Assembly: GCA_049720225.1 (NCBI GenBank)
Contig: JBNASD010000001.1
Coordinates: 164,733-228,732, forward strand
Source: Microgenomates group bacterium
Lineage (GTDB): Bacteria > Patescibacteriota > Microgenomatia > PFEM01 > JBNASD01
Direction: 5' to 3'
DNA length: 64,000 bases
Below the pieces are notes generated by a model. It did not search any database, had not been told where the DNA came from, and worked only from the letters and a program-made list of their open reading frames with translations. Made by a program: the position numbers and the translations under genes. Positions 7,552-16,779 of the stretch are shown here, in pieces. Position 1 is the first letter of the stretch. Every line of letters begins with the position of its first letter.

Positions 7552-8109
7552 ATGAGCTTCTTTAAAAAAATCGGTAAATTCTTTCTTGATCTTACAGAAA
7601 CAATTGTTATGGCTCTTTCTGTCTTTGTGGTTATTTATCTTTTTCTATTTCAACCCCATCAGGTACGAGGAAATTCAATGTATCCCAATTTCCACGATGG
7701 CGAATATATTCTTACTGATAAAATTACTTATCGCATGCGAGAACCTCGTCAGGGAGATGTAATTGTTTTTCGGGCTCCAAAAAACGAAGAGTATGATTAT
7801 ATAAAAAGAATTATTGCTGTTCCTGGAGACTGCTTAACTATTTCTAATGGAAAAGTGTATATTAATAATCAACTTTTTCCTGAACCTTATCTTCCCTCTG
7901 ATTATGTTACCAACCCTGGTTCCTTTATCCGCGCCAATACTCCTGTTTGCGTTCCTCCGGCTAATTATTTAGTAATGGGAGATAATCGTTCTCACAGTTC
8001 TGATTCTCGAGAGTGGGGATTTGTGCCGCGACAAAATATTATTGGTCGAGCGTGGTTTCGCTACTGGCCCCCTTCTCGGTGGGGACCGGTGGATAAGATT
8101 GACCGGTAA
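7552..8109 (+). CDS. lepB: Signal peptidase I (S26 family)
   Basis: N-terminal TM segment; catalytic Ser box GNSMYPNF; Lys box YIKRIIAVPGD; GDNRSHSSDSREWGFV; C-terminal …FRYWPP. Confidence 0.85.
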   Translation: MSFFKKIGKFFLDLTETIVMALSVFVVIYLFLFQPHQVRGNSMYPNFHDGEYILTDKITYRMREPRQGDVIVFRAPKNEEYDYIKRIIAVPGDCLTISNGKVYINNQLFPEPYLPSDYVTNPGSFIRANTPVCVPPANYLVMGDNRSHSSDSREWGFVPRQNIIGRAWFRYWPPSRWGPVDKIDR

Positions 8110-8932
8110 TTCCTTCGTAAATTTTCTTTAATCTTTCCTCAACTTCTTCTGGGGAACCTTTAAGAAAGATATTAATTCTTGTTTCTATTCTTGATTGAGA
8201 AACTTTAACAATTGTTTTTTCATTTCCTCCAATTGCTTTATGAAGATCATCTCTTACTCTATCAATTTCATCAGAAATAATTAAGGGAGCGCTCGCGTTA
8301 GGAAAAAGAGCCTTTGGTTGCTGACCAATTTTTTTTCTCATCCTTCTGGCTAAATCCTCTGTCGCTCTTACGGGTAATCCTTGACGAATAACAATTTTAT
8401 AAGCCTCAACCATTAACCGCGAATCAGCAATCATATTTAAAGCCCGCGCATGGCCTTCAGTAATTTGTCCGGAAAGTAATCCGTCTTTTAAAGCATCTGG
8501 TAATTTTAATAATGCCAATGAATTAGAAACATAAGCAGGACTTTTTCCGATTCTTTTAGCAATTTCTTTAGTCTCTAAACCAAACTCTTCTTTTAATCGT
8601 AAAAAAGCTTGCGCCCTTTCGATTGGATTTAAATCTTCCCTTTGAACATTTTCTACCAACGCCATTTCTAACATTCCTCGGGGGGTAGTTTCTTCAACAA
8701 TCGCCGGCACCGTTTTTAACCCCAATATTTTTGCCGCCCGCCACCGTCTTTCACCGGCAATAATTTGATATCCCGCCGGTGTCTTTGCCACCACTAATGG
8801 CTCAAGAATTCCATGTTCTCTAATTGACTCTACTAAATCCGCTAATGATTCCGGAGTAATTAATCCTCGTGGTTGTAAAGGGTTAGGTTGAAGTTGATCA
8901 ACTTCTATTTGAATTACTTGTTTATCAGCCAT
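8039..8932 (-). CDS. parB: ParB/Spo0J chromosome partitioning protein
   Basis: ParB box motifs …GILEPLVV…GYQIIAGERRWRAAKILGLKTVPAIV…, an HTH region, a C-terminal dimerisation tail. No parA adjacent. 3' end overlaps the lepB 3' end convergently by 71 nt. Confidence 0.8.
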   Translation of the reverse strand: MADKQVIQIEVDQLQPNPLQPRGLITPESLADLVESIREHGILEPLVVAKTPAGYQIIAGERRWRAAKILGLKTVPAIVEETTPRGMLEMALVENVQREDLNPIERAQAFLRLKEEFGLETKEIAKRIGKSPAYVSNSLALLKLPDALKDGLLSGQITEGHARALNMIADSRLMVEAYKIVIRQGLPVRATEDLARRMRKKIGQQPKALFPNASAPLIISDEIDRVRDDLHKAIGGNEKTIVKVSQSRIETRINIFLKGSPEEVEERLKKIYEGITGQSYPPVPTEKGASSETTLDQ

Positions 8933-8934
8933 TT

Positions 8935-9180
8935 TTAAACGACATTAATATATTTTTTGCCGTATTTTTGACTAAACTCTACTTTTCCTTCTTTTAAAGC
9001 AAATAAAGTAAAATCTCTTCCCATTCCTACTCCTTTTCCGGGATGAAATTTTGTTCCCCGTTGACGAATTAAAATATTTCCCGGTTTAACTAATTGACCG
9101 GCAGCTACTTTTAATCCCAGTCTTTTTCCGGGGCGAGGAGGTTGTTGTCGGGTTTTTCCTGCGGTTTTTGTTTTCGCCAT
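8935..9180 (-). CDS. rpmA: 50S ribosomal protein L27
   Basis: …[36 protein letters not shown], canonical L27. Confidence 0.9.
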   Translation of the reverse strand: MAKTKTAGKTRQQPPRPGKRLGLKVAAGQLVKPGNILIRQRGTKFHPGKGVGMGRDFTLFALKEGKVEFSQKYGKKYINVV

Positions 9181-9214
9181 TTTAATTTACATAATAACAG
9201 AATTTTCACGAATG

Positions 9215-9532
9215 TCAAGAAACAATTTTCTCAATTCTTAGTACTGTTAATAAAGGACGAAAACCTTTAACTTTTCGATAGCGAGATTTTGCTTTATAGG
9301 TAGCCACTCTTATTTTTTTACCCTTTTTTTGCTCCAAAATTACTGCTTCGACTTTCGCTTTTTCTACTAATGGTTGACCAAAATTAACACTTTTTCCATC
9401 ATTAACTAACAACACTTCTTCAAAAGTTAATTTCTTTCCTTTTTCTCCCTCAATTTTGGGAACTTCAATTTCTTCTCCCTCTTTAACTTTATATTGAGAA
9501 CCGCCAATTTTAATAACTGCGTATTTATTCAT
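9215..9532 (-). CDS. rplU: 50S ribosomal protein L21
   Basis: MNKYAVIKIGGSQYKVKEGEEIEV…, canonical L21, upstream of rpmA as usual. Confidence 0.9.
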   Translation of the reverse strand: MNKYAVIKIGGSQYKVKEGEEIEVPKIEGEKGKKLTFEEVLLVNDGKSVNFGQPLVEKAKVEAVILEQKKGKKIRVATYKAKSRYRKVKGFRPLLTVLRIEKIVS

Positions 9533-10583
9533 AGCGATGTTTATTATAACAAATATTTTGAATAATTCCCAGTATCATCATTGTTGACAAATAGGAACTT
9601 CCCCCATAAGAAACCAGCGGCAAAGTAATCCCAACAATTGGTAACAATCCTAAATTCATTCCAATATTGATTAGTACTTGGAAAAAAATTAAAGAAAAAG
9701 CCCCCCCTAAAAAATTTAGTACTGTTTTATTTTCTATTTCCTCCATTATTTTTAAAATTCGCCAAAATAAAATAAAATAAAAAAATAAAAGGAAAATCAC
9801 TCCTAAAAACCCAAATGTTTCTGCCCAAGAAGCAAAAATAAAATCAGTATGAGCCTCTGGTAAAAATCTTAACTGTGATTGCGTCCCTCCTTTTATTCCT
9901 CTACCCAAAAATCTTCCCGAGCCGATAGCAATTATTGCTTGAATCAAGTTATATCCCCTTCCGGTGGGATCGGAAAAAGGATCAACAAAACTTAATATTC
10001 TTTCTTTTTGGTATCCTTTTAAAAAAAATCTCCAAATCAACGGTAAAGAAGCTAAAAAAAATACTGCCCCCCCTAAAAAAAATTTAAAATCCCCCCCGCT
10101 AATCCAAATAATTCCTAACCAGAAAATTAAAAATAAAACAGCACTTCCTAAATCAGGCTGAAAAAAAACTAAAAAAAAGGGAATTAAAACTAAAATTAAA
10201 CCCAAAAAAATTCTTTTTAACTCTTTTCCTTGAGAAAAAAACCAAGCAAAAAAAATAATTAAAAAAGGTTTTACTATTTCCGATGGCTGTAAGCTAAAAG
10301 GGCCAATTTTTAACCAGCGAACTGCCCCTCGACTCACAAAACCAAAAATAAAGGGGGTAATTAAGAACAATAAACTAATTAAAAATAAATAGGGAGCTAT
10401 TTTCAACCAAAAACGAAAATCAATTTTAAAAAAAATAAAAAAAATTAAAAATCCTAATCCAATATAAATTCCTTGTTGAAGCAATAAATTAGGGGCAATT
10501 GTATTACCAATTATTAAACCAAAAGAAGTAAGAACCACGATTACTACCAAAAGAATCCAATCGAAATTAAGAATTTCTCTCAT
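9525..10583 (-). CDS. SEDS-family peptidoglycan glycosyltransferase (RodA/FtsW/SpoVE); probably RodA because it lies outside the dcw cluster
   Basis: 10-TM profile; conserved C-terminal block GRGYNLIQAIIAIGSGRFLGRGIKGGTQSQLRFLPEAHTDFIFAS. Confidence 0.7.
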   Translation of the reverse strand: MREILNFDWILLVVIVVLTSFGLIIGNTIAPNLLLQQGIYIGLGFLIFFIFFKIDFRFWLKIAPYLFLISLLFLITPFIFGFVSRGAVRWLKIGPFSLQPSEIVKPFLIIFFAWFFSQGKELKRIFLGLILVLIPFFLVFFQPDLGSAVLFLIFWLGIIWISGGDFKFFLGGAVFFLASLPLIWRFFLKGYQKERILSFVDPFSDPTGRGYNLIQAIIAIGSGRFLGRGIKGGTQSQLRFLPEAHTDFIFASWAETFGFLGVIFLLFFYFILFWRILKIMEEIENKTVLNFLGGAFSLIFFQVLINIGMNLGLLPIVGITLPLVSYGGSSYLSTMMILGIIQNICYNKHRYE

Positions 10584-13400
10584 TTAAAGAGGAATAATTT
10601 TTAATTCTTTTCCTTTCTTCAAGCTTTTAGCGATTACTTTTTCTTTAAGATAATCTCTCAATTTGGGTTGTTGAGGAAGCCAAGGAAGCACTACCTCAAT
10701 TTTTTGGTCTAAACGACATTTTGCTTTTTTTCTTAGTTCCTGAATTTGTCTTATTAACTCTCTCACCTCTCCCTCTTCTTTTAGTTGAGGGGTAATTTCG
10801 GTATCAAATTTTACTTCTCCCTTACCTGACTTTAATTCAATCTCTTTGACATTAAGTTCTTCTTTTAATAATTCCAAAAGAGCCTTTCCCCATTTTACTT
10901 CCGAAATTAGTTTATAAAAATCAGAATCTTTAATTATTAATTTTTTTAATGGCTGACGAACTTTTATTCCTAATTTTTTTCTCTCTCCATGAGCCACTTC
11001 GCAAATTTTTCTTACTGATTCCATTTCCTTCAAAAGTTTCTCATTGACTCTTTCTCCTTTCGGCCATTTTTCTAAATGAACACTTTTATTACTCGTATAC
11101 TTTTTTTCTCCAAAAAGAATATTTTGGTAAAATTCTTCTGATAAAAATGGAATAAAGGGTGCAAGAATTTTACTCAAAGTTAACAAAACATACCCTAATG
11201 TTTCATAACATTCTTTTTTATCTTTTTCATTTTTAGCAACCGGACCTACTCTTTCTCGCGAACGCCTTACATACCATAATGACAAATCATCAACAAATTT
11301 TTCAATCTTTTTTACCGCTTGATATGAATGAAATTTATCTAAATTATTAGTTACTTCCTTAATTAATTTATTTAAATTAGCAATTATCCATTGATCTAAA
11401 ATGTTTTCTTTTTTTAAGGAAACATTTTCTTTAAATTTAAATCCATCTACCTGAGAATAAACTTTATAAAAATTAAAAACATTCCATAAAGGTAAAATAA
11501 AGCGCTTAACTGAATCCTCTACTAAACGGATAGAAAAGCGATAATTATTACCTACTTGAGTGGAAGAATAAAAATACCACCGAATGGCATCAACTCCTGT
11601 TTTTCTAATCGCTTCCCACGGATCAACCACGTTTCCAATATGTTTACTCATTTTTCTTCCTTGATCATCCAAAACTAAACCGGTACAAACAACATTTTTA
11701 TAAGAGTTTTGATCGAAAACAAGAGTACTCACCGCCAAGAGAGTAAAAAACCAACCGCGCGTTTGGTCCATTGCCTCAGCAATAAAATCAGCTGGAAATT
11801 GATCTTTAAAAATTTCTTTATTTTCAAAAGGATAATGCCACTGAGCCACCGGCATTGCTCCTGAATCAAACCAACAATCAATTACCTCATTTACTCTTTT
11901 CATTTTTTCTTTACATTTGGGACAAAGAAAGGTCACTTCATCTATAAAAGGCCGATGAGGATCTTCGGGTACTTTTCCTCCTAGCTTTTTGATCTCTTGA
12001 AAGCTACCAATACAAATTTGATAACCACAATTTTGACATTCCCAAATTGGTAAAGGAGTTCCCCAGTACCGTTTTCTTGATAAAGACCAATCAATAAGGG
12101 TTGCCAACCAATTACCCATTCTTCCTCTTTTGATATAGGCAGGCACCCAATTAGTTTTATTATTTTCTCTAATCAAAGCCTCTTTAACTGCCGTTGTTTT
12201 GATATACCATGAATCAATTGCGTAATAAAGTAAGGGAGAATGACAACGCCAGCAGAAAGGATAAGCATGAGTTACCGGTTCTACTTTTAAAAGCAAATTT
12301 CTTTTTTCTAAATCTTCGATTATTTCTTTATCCGCTTCTTTCACTTTTTTACCGGCAAATTTTCCACATTCTGGAGTAAAAACTCCCTCGGGAGTAACAA
12401 CATGATGTTTTGGTAATCCTATTTTTACCCCTAAATCAAAATCTTCCTCTCCGTACATAACCGCGGTGTGAACGATACCTGTTCCTTCTTCCAAAGAAAC
12501 AAAATCAGCCGCGGTAACAAAATGAACTTTTTCTTGATACTTAACAAAATCAAAAACTGGCAAATACTCCCAACCCAAAATATCTTTCCCTAAAAATTTT
12601 TCCTTTACCTGATAATTACTTTTTGACCCTAAAACTTTCAATCTTTCTTCCGCTAAAATTAAATCTTCGTTTTGATAAGTTACTCTAACATAAACCGCTT
12701 GGGGGTTTACCGCCAAAGCCACATTTCCCAAAAGCGTCCACGGAGTGGTTGTCCAGGCTAAGAAATAAAGATTATTTTTTCCTTTTACGGGAAATTTTAC
12801 ATATAAAGAATTTTCGGTAACATCTTTATAACCTTGGGCTACCTCATGAGAAGATAAAGGAGTTTCACAGCGATAACAATAAGGAACCACTTTGTAATCT
12901 TTATAAAGCCATCCTTTTTTCCAAATCTCTTTTAATAACCACCAACAACTTTCAATATAATCCCGATCGCACGTCACATAAGGATGCTCCATATCAATCC
13001 AAAACCCAATTCTTTTAGTTAATTTCTCCCATTCCTCTACATAGCGAAAAACCGACTCTCTACATTTTTGGTTAAATTTAGCAATTCCATATTCTTCAAT
13101 TTGTTTTTTACCAGAAATCCCTAATTCTTTTTCGATTTCCAATTCTACCGGTAAACCATGAGTGTCCCATCCCCCTTTTCTTAAACAATAATATCCCTGC
13201 ATTGTTTTATAGCGAGGAAAAAGATCTTTAATTATTCGCGCCAACACATGATGAATACCTGGTTTACCATTAGCGGTGGGGGGGCCTTCATAAAATACAA
13301 AACTTTTTTGTCCCTTTTTTCTTTTTAAGGTTTTTTCAAAAATCTTTTTTTGTTCCCAAAAATTTAAAATTTTCTCTTCAAGTTGGTTAAAATTTATCAT
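10584..13400 (-). CDS. ileS: Isoleucyl-tRNA synthetase
   Basis: HIGH-type motif PGIHHV; KMSKH motif; editing domain; C-terminal Zn-binding CPKCKEK…CW. Start more likely at MINFNQLEE (ATG 13398-13400) than at the track start 13448, which runs through two terminator-like hairpins. Confidence 0.85.
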   Translation of the reverse strand: MINFNQLEEKILNFWEQKKIFEKTLKRKKGQKSFVFYEGPPTANGKPGIHHVLARIIKDLFPRYKTMQGYYCLRKGGWDTHGLPVELEIEKELGISGKKQIEEYGIAKFNQKCRESVFRYVEEWEKLTKRIGFWIDMEHPYVTCDRDYIESCWWLLKEIWKKGWLYKDYKVVPYCYRCETPLSSHEVAQGYKDVTENSLYVKFPVKGKNNLYFLAWTTTPWTLLGNVALAVNPQAVYVRVTYQNEDLILAEERLKVLGSKSNYQVKEKFLGKDILGWEYLPVFDFVKYQEKVHFVTAADFVSLEEGTGIVHTAVMYGEEDFDLGVKIGLPKHHVVTPEGVFTPECGKFAGKKVKEADKEIIEDLEKRNLLLKVEPVTHAYPFCWRCHSPLLYYAIDSWYIKTTAVKEALIRENNKTNWVPAYIKRGRMGNWLATLIDWSLSRKRYWGTPLPIWECQNCGYQICIGSFQEIKKLGGKVPEDPHRPFIDEVTFLCPKCKEKMKRVNEVIDCWFDSGAMPVAQWHYPFENKEIFKDQFPADFIAEAMDQTRGWFFTLLAVSTLVFDQNSYKNVVCTGLVLDDQGRKMSKHIGNVVDPWEAIRKTGVDAIRWYFYSSTQVGNNYRFSIRLVEDSVKRFILPLWNVFNFYKVYSQVDGFKFKENVSLKKENILDQWIIANLNKLIKEVTNNLDKFHSYQAVKKIEKFVDDLSLWYVRRSRERVGPVAKNEKDKKECYETLGYVLLTLSKILAPFIPFLSEEFYQNILFGEKKYTSNKSVHLEKWPKGERVNEKLLKEMESVRKICEVAHGERKKLGIKVRQPLKKLIIKDSDFYKLISEVKWGKALLELLKEELNVKEIELKSGKGEVKFDTEITPQLKEEGEVRELIRQIQELRKKAKCRLDQKIEVVLPWLPQQPKLRDYLKEKVIAKSLKKGKELKIIPL

Positions 13401-13429
13401 TTCTAATAAAAAATCGTCCTTGCGGACGA
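13401..13429 (-). terminator. Second hairpin + U-tract (UCGUCC-GCAA-GGACGA then UUUUUU) 13 nt upstream of the ileS AUG; terminator or attenuator
   Basis: Read directly from the minus-strand transcript. Confidence 0.35.
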
Positions 13430-13466
13430 TTAAAAAGGGAAATGGCAATTAACCATTTCCCTTTTA
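13430..13466 (-). terminator. Rho-independent terminator after ftsZ: 9-bp GC-rich stem GGGAAAUGG-UUAAUUG-CCAUUUCCC followed by UUUUUAAU (bidirectional: AAAAA / TTTT flanks)
   Basis: Inverted repeat 13437-13461 with flanking A- and T-tracts, read directly. Confidence 0.5.
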
Positions 13467-13549
13467 CTTAATAATAATTTTTTTATTGTTAAATTCTGTT
13501 TTCATTATTTTTATATTATATAGCAAAAATTAAAAAGAAAAACAAGTTT

Positions 13550-14704
13550 TTATTTATTTTGTCTTAAAAAGGTAGGAATATCAAGTTCACTTTCGATTTT
13601 TATATCAGGGTCAACTTCAATATCTAATTTTTTTACTAAATGATTTTTTTCTTCGGTTTTTTCTTCTTTTTTAGGAATTTCTTTTTCACTCACAATTCCC
13701 TGAGGTAAAGAAGAGGTTCGACCTACCATTTGTGTTAATTTTATTTTTGTTTCATCAAACCCGGTAGCAATAACTGTAATTCTTACCTGGTCAATCATTT
13801 TTTCATCAATATTGGCTCCAAAAATAATATTGGCATCCGCATCCGCTCCCTGAGAAATTAAGGTGGCCGCTTCTTCTACTTCTGTCATTGTTAAATCAGG
13901 ACCGCCAGTGATTTGAAATAAAATTCCCTTTGCTCCTTCAATAGAAACGTCTAATAAAGGTGAAGAAATCGCCATTTTTGCCGCAGTTTGGGCGCGATTC
14001 TCTCCCACGCCGGTGCCAATTCCCAATAAAGCGGAACCGGCATCTTTCATAATTGCCTTAACATCAGCAAAATCGCGATTAATCAATCCAGGAACAGTAA
14101 TAATTTCCGAAATTCCCTTTACTGCTTGACCTAAGATTCCATCAACAATTTTAAAAGCTTCTATCAAGGTCATTTTTTTATCCACTACTTCCATAATTCG
14201 CTGATTGGGAATAACAATCATTGTATCCACTTTATCTTTAAGATTTTCTATCCCTTCCTCGGCAATCACCATTCTTCTTGTTCCTTCAAAGGCAAAGGGC
14301 TTGGTAACTACTGCAATTGTTAACGCTCCTGCTTCTTTAGCTAATTGGGCAATCACCGGCATTGCTCCTGTTCCTGTTCCTCCTCCCATTCCGCCAGCTA
14401 AAAAAACCATATCCGCCCCATTTAAAAACTCTTTTATTTTTTCTTTTGACTCTTCTGCCGCTTTATAGCCAATTTCAGGATCTCCCCCAGAACCTAAACC
14501 ACGAGTCAAATTTTCTCCAATTTGGATTTTATTAGAAGCCTTATTCATTAAGAGGGCTTGAGCATCGGTATTAATTGCGACAAACTCCACTCCTTTAATC
14601 TGATCATCCTCAATCATCGAATTAATAGCATTACCCCCTCCCCCACCAATTCCTAAAACTTTTATTTTGGCAAAACTTGCCGCGTCTGGTTTAACAAGAG
14701 CCAT
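13550..14704 (-). CDS. ftsZ: Cell division GTPase FtsZ
   Basis: Tubulin signature GGGTGTGAMPVIA; N-terminal GIGGGGGNA; acidic C-terminal tail. Confidence 0.95.
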   Translation of the reverse strand: MALVKPDAASFAKIKVLGIGGGGGNAINSMIEDDQIKGVEFVAINTDAQALLMNKASNKIQIGENLTRGLGSGGDPEIGYKAAEESKEKIKEFLNGADMVFLAGGMGGGTGTGAMPVIAQLAKEAGALTIAVVTKPFAFEGTRRMVIAEEGIENLKDKVDTMIVIPNQRIMEVVDKKMTLIEAFKIVDGILGQAVKGISEIITVPGLINRDFADVKAIMKDAGSALLGIGTGVGENRAQTAAKMAISSPLLDVSIEGAKGILFQITGGPDLTMTEVEEAATLISQGADADANIIFGANIDEKMIDQVRITVIATGFDETKIKLTQMVGRTSSLPQGIVSEKEIPKKEEKTEEKNHLVKKLDIEVDPDIKIESELDIPTFLRQNK

Positions 14705-14747
14705 TTTTTTAATCCTTTCTGGGCAGAGATAATCTTATCTTATAATA

Positions 14748-16043
14748 CTACGGAAGAAGGTTTTTAATCAACTGCCATGCTTTCTGAGCTACTCCCTCGA
14801 TAGGAATTTTGGGTACCTTTTTTCCCCATTGCTTAAAAGAAAAACCCACTTCCTCTTTTTCTGTTTGCTGTAATCCATAAAGAAGAAGACCAACCGCGGT
14901 CGCATAATCAGGAGTCTGAACATCATCAATTAAACCAGAAATTTTTTGAGGATAGCCAATTCTCACCGGCGCACTTAACACTTTTTTGGCTGCCTGGATT
15001 ACTCCCACCGTTTGTGCTCCTCCACCACAAATCACCACTCCTGCTGGCGTCAAACCTCCCGCACCGCTTTTTTTAATTTCCATTTCTACCATAGCAAAAA
15101 TTTCATTTAACCGAGGCTTAATTATTCCCTCAATTAATGTTTTTTTAGAAACTTTCTTTTCCTCATCAGCAATTCCCCATTTACTCAAATCAATTTCGTC
15201 TTCTTCCTTTTTTTGATAAAGATTTTTACTTCCTTGGGGAAGCGTTGGTTTTCTTTCTTCCTGAGAAAGAGCAATTTTAATTTTTGAAGCGGTTTCTAAA
15301 GAAACTCGTAAACCAATTGCCAAATCACTATCAATATGTTTAGCGCCAATCGGCAAGACGGCGGTATAAAAAGGTGACCCCTCAATAAAAATTACTACAT
15401 TAGTTACCCCTCCACCGATATCAACCAATACCACTCCCAATTCTTTTTCTGTCTCCGTTAAAATACTTTCCGCTGCCGCTAATCCGGAAACAATAAAATC
15501 TTCAATTTTTACTCCTGCTTCAAAAAGACATTTCTCTAAATTTCTCACCGCAGTAGCGGCAGCAGTCACAATATGAGTCTCCACTTCTAATCTTACCCCG
15601 GCCATTCCTACTGGATCCTTTATTCCTCCTTGACCATCAACAGTAAAAGACCGAGGAATAACATGAATAATTTCTCTTGAAGAAGGAAGGGTAATTGCCT
15701 GTGCCGCTTCAATTACGCGGTCTACATCTTCTGGTCTAATTTCTCCTTCTGGTTCTGCTACCGCGACTACTCCGGTAGAATTTTGGCAACTTAAATGAGT
15801 CCCACCTAAAGAAACAAAAGCGCGATCAATATTATAACCGGCCATTCTTTCTGCCGCTTCCACTGAATTTATCACCGTTTGGGTGGCCTCCTCAATATCA
15901 ACAATTTGTCCTCTTTTAATTCCTTTAGAGGGGACAGAGGAAACGCCAATAATTTTTATTTCTCCATCAGTAGGAATACCAACAATGGTGGTTGTTTTAG
16001 AAGAACCAATATCAATCCCGGTTAAAATTCTTGTTTTATTCAT
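14748..16043 (-). CDS. ftsA: Cell division protein FtsA (actin-like ATPase)
   Basis: ILTGIDIGSSKTTTIVG phosphate-1 motif; FtsA-specific domains; immediately upstream of ftsZ. Confidence 0.9.
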   Translation of the reverse strand: MNKTRILTGIDIGSSKTTTIVGIPTDGEIKIIGVSSVPSKGIKRGQIVDIEEATQTVINSVEAAERMAGYNIDRAFVSLGGTHLSCQNSTGVVAVAEPEGEIRPEDVDRVIEAAQAITLPSSREIIHVIPRSFTVDGQGGIKDPVGMAGVRLEVETHIVTAAATAVRNLEKCLFEAGVKIEDFIVSGLAAAESILTETEKELGVVLVDIGGGVTNVVIFIEGSPFYTAVLPIGAKHIDSDLAIGLRVSLETASKIKIALSQEERKPTLPQGSKNLYQKKEEDEIDLSKWGIADEEKKVSKKTLIEGIIKPRLNEIFAMVEMEIKKSGAGGLTPAGVVICGGGAQTVGVIQAAKKVLSAPVRIGYPQKISGLIDDVQTPDYATAVGLLLYGLQQTEKEEVGFSFKQWGKKVPKIPIEGVAQKAWQLIKNLLP

Positions 16044-16779
16044 AACTAATTACCGGTTTATCAAATCGTAAATCAATCTTTTTTATTTTTCCCATTTTTA
16101 TTTTAGACTGAGAAAGAATAAATTGTAAAGAGTCAAGTTGGTAATCGATATCTTTTTCTAAAGAAAATAAAACAAACACCCCTTCTTTTAACCACACGGT
16201 AAAACTGAATTGAGAAGAAAAATAACTTATTTTTGGCTCTAAAAGTCGTAATCTCATTTTTTCTAAAATCTTTACTCCTTTTACGATTTTTTCTTCTTTT
16301 ATTTTTTCTCCGGGAGAAAGATTTAATTTTTCTTTGAGTAATATTAAGGGTAAATCGGTTTTTTCTTTTTTCTCTAAAATTACTCCTTCATTATCAATCA
16401 AAAAAATTCCCTCTTCAATTTCCCATTTTAAAAAAGCAGAGGGAGTACTTTCGCTATTAAAATTTAAAGAAAAAGCTAAACCAGTCATCGGTTGTCTTTT
16501 TTTAATTTTTATTTCTAGTTGCCAGGGAAATTTTTTTTTAACTTCAATCTCTTTTATTAACGGATAGCGGTTTAAAATCTCTGTTCTTAATTTAGAGGAA
16601 GAAAAAAATAAAAAATTTTTTCCTAACAAAAAACTACCTAATTCTTTTTTTAATTCCTCTTGACATAAATTTTCTTCTTCACGACACTCAAAATTTTTAA
16701 TTTTTCCCCACTTAATTATTATTCCTCCTATTAAAAAAAGAAAAAGAAAGATCAAGAAAAAAAATTTAATTTTTCTCAT
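16036..16779 (-). CDS. ftsQ: Cell division protein FtsQ/DivIB-like (N-terminal TM + POTRA-like region)
   Basis: Single N-terminal TM (FFFLIFLFLFLIGGIII), 247 aa, positioned between murG and ftsA as in canonical dcw clusters; weak sequence signature. Confidence 0.5.
   Translation of the reverse strand: MRKIKFFFLIFLFLFLIGGIIIKWGKIKNFECREEENLCQEELKKELGSFLLGKNFLFFSSSKLRTEILNRYPLIKEIEVKKKFPWQLEIKIKKRQPMTGLAFSLNFNSESTPSAFLKWEIEEGIFLIDNEGVILEKKEKTDLPLILLKEKLNLSPGEKIKEEKIVKGVKILEKMRLRLLEPKISYFSSQFSFTVWLKEGVFVLFSLEKDIDYQLDSLQFILSQSKIKMGKIKKIDLRFDKPVISYE

Noticed and set aside
9964-10161. Plus-strand 65-aa ORF inside the SEDS gene
   Set aside because: Antisense shadow ORF (Lys/Asn-rich); no independent support.
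13401-13448. IleRS N-terminal extension MPFPFLIVRKDDFLLE from the track
   Set aside because: It is encoded by two terminator-like hairpins with U-tracts. Conserved IleRS N-terminal homology begins at MINFNQLEEKILNFW (ATG 13400).
14205-16071. Plus-strand ORFs 14205..14468, 14986..15216, 15883..16071
   Set aside because: Antisense to the strongly supported ftsZ/ftsA genes; Pro/Ile-rich artefact translations.
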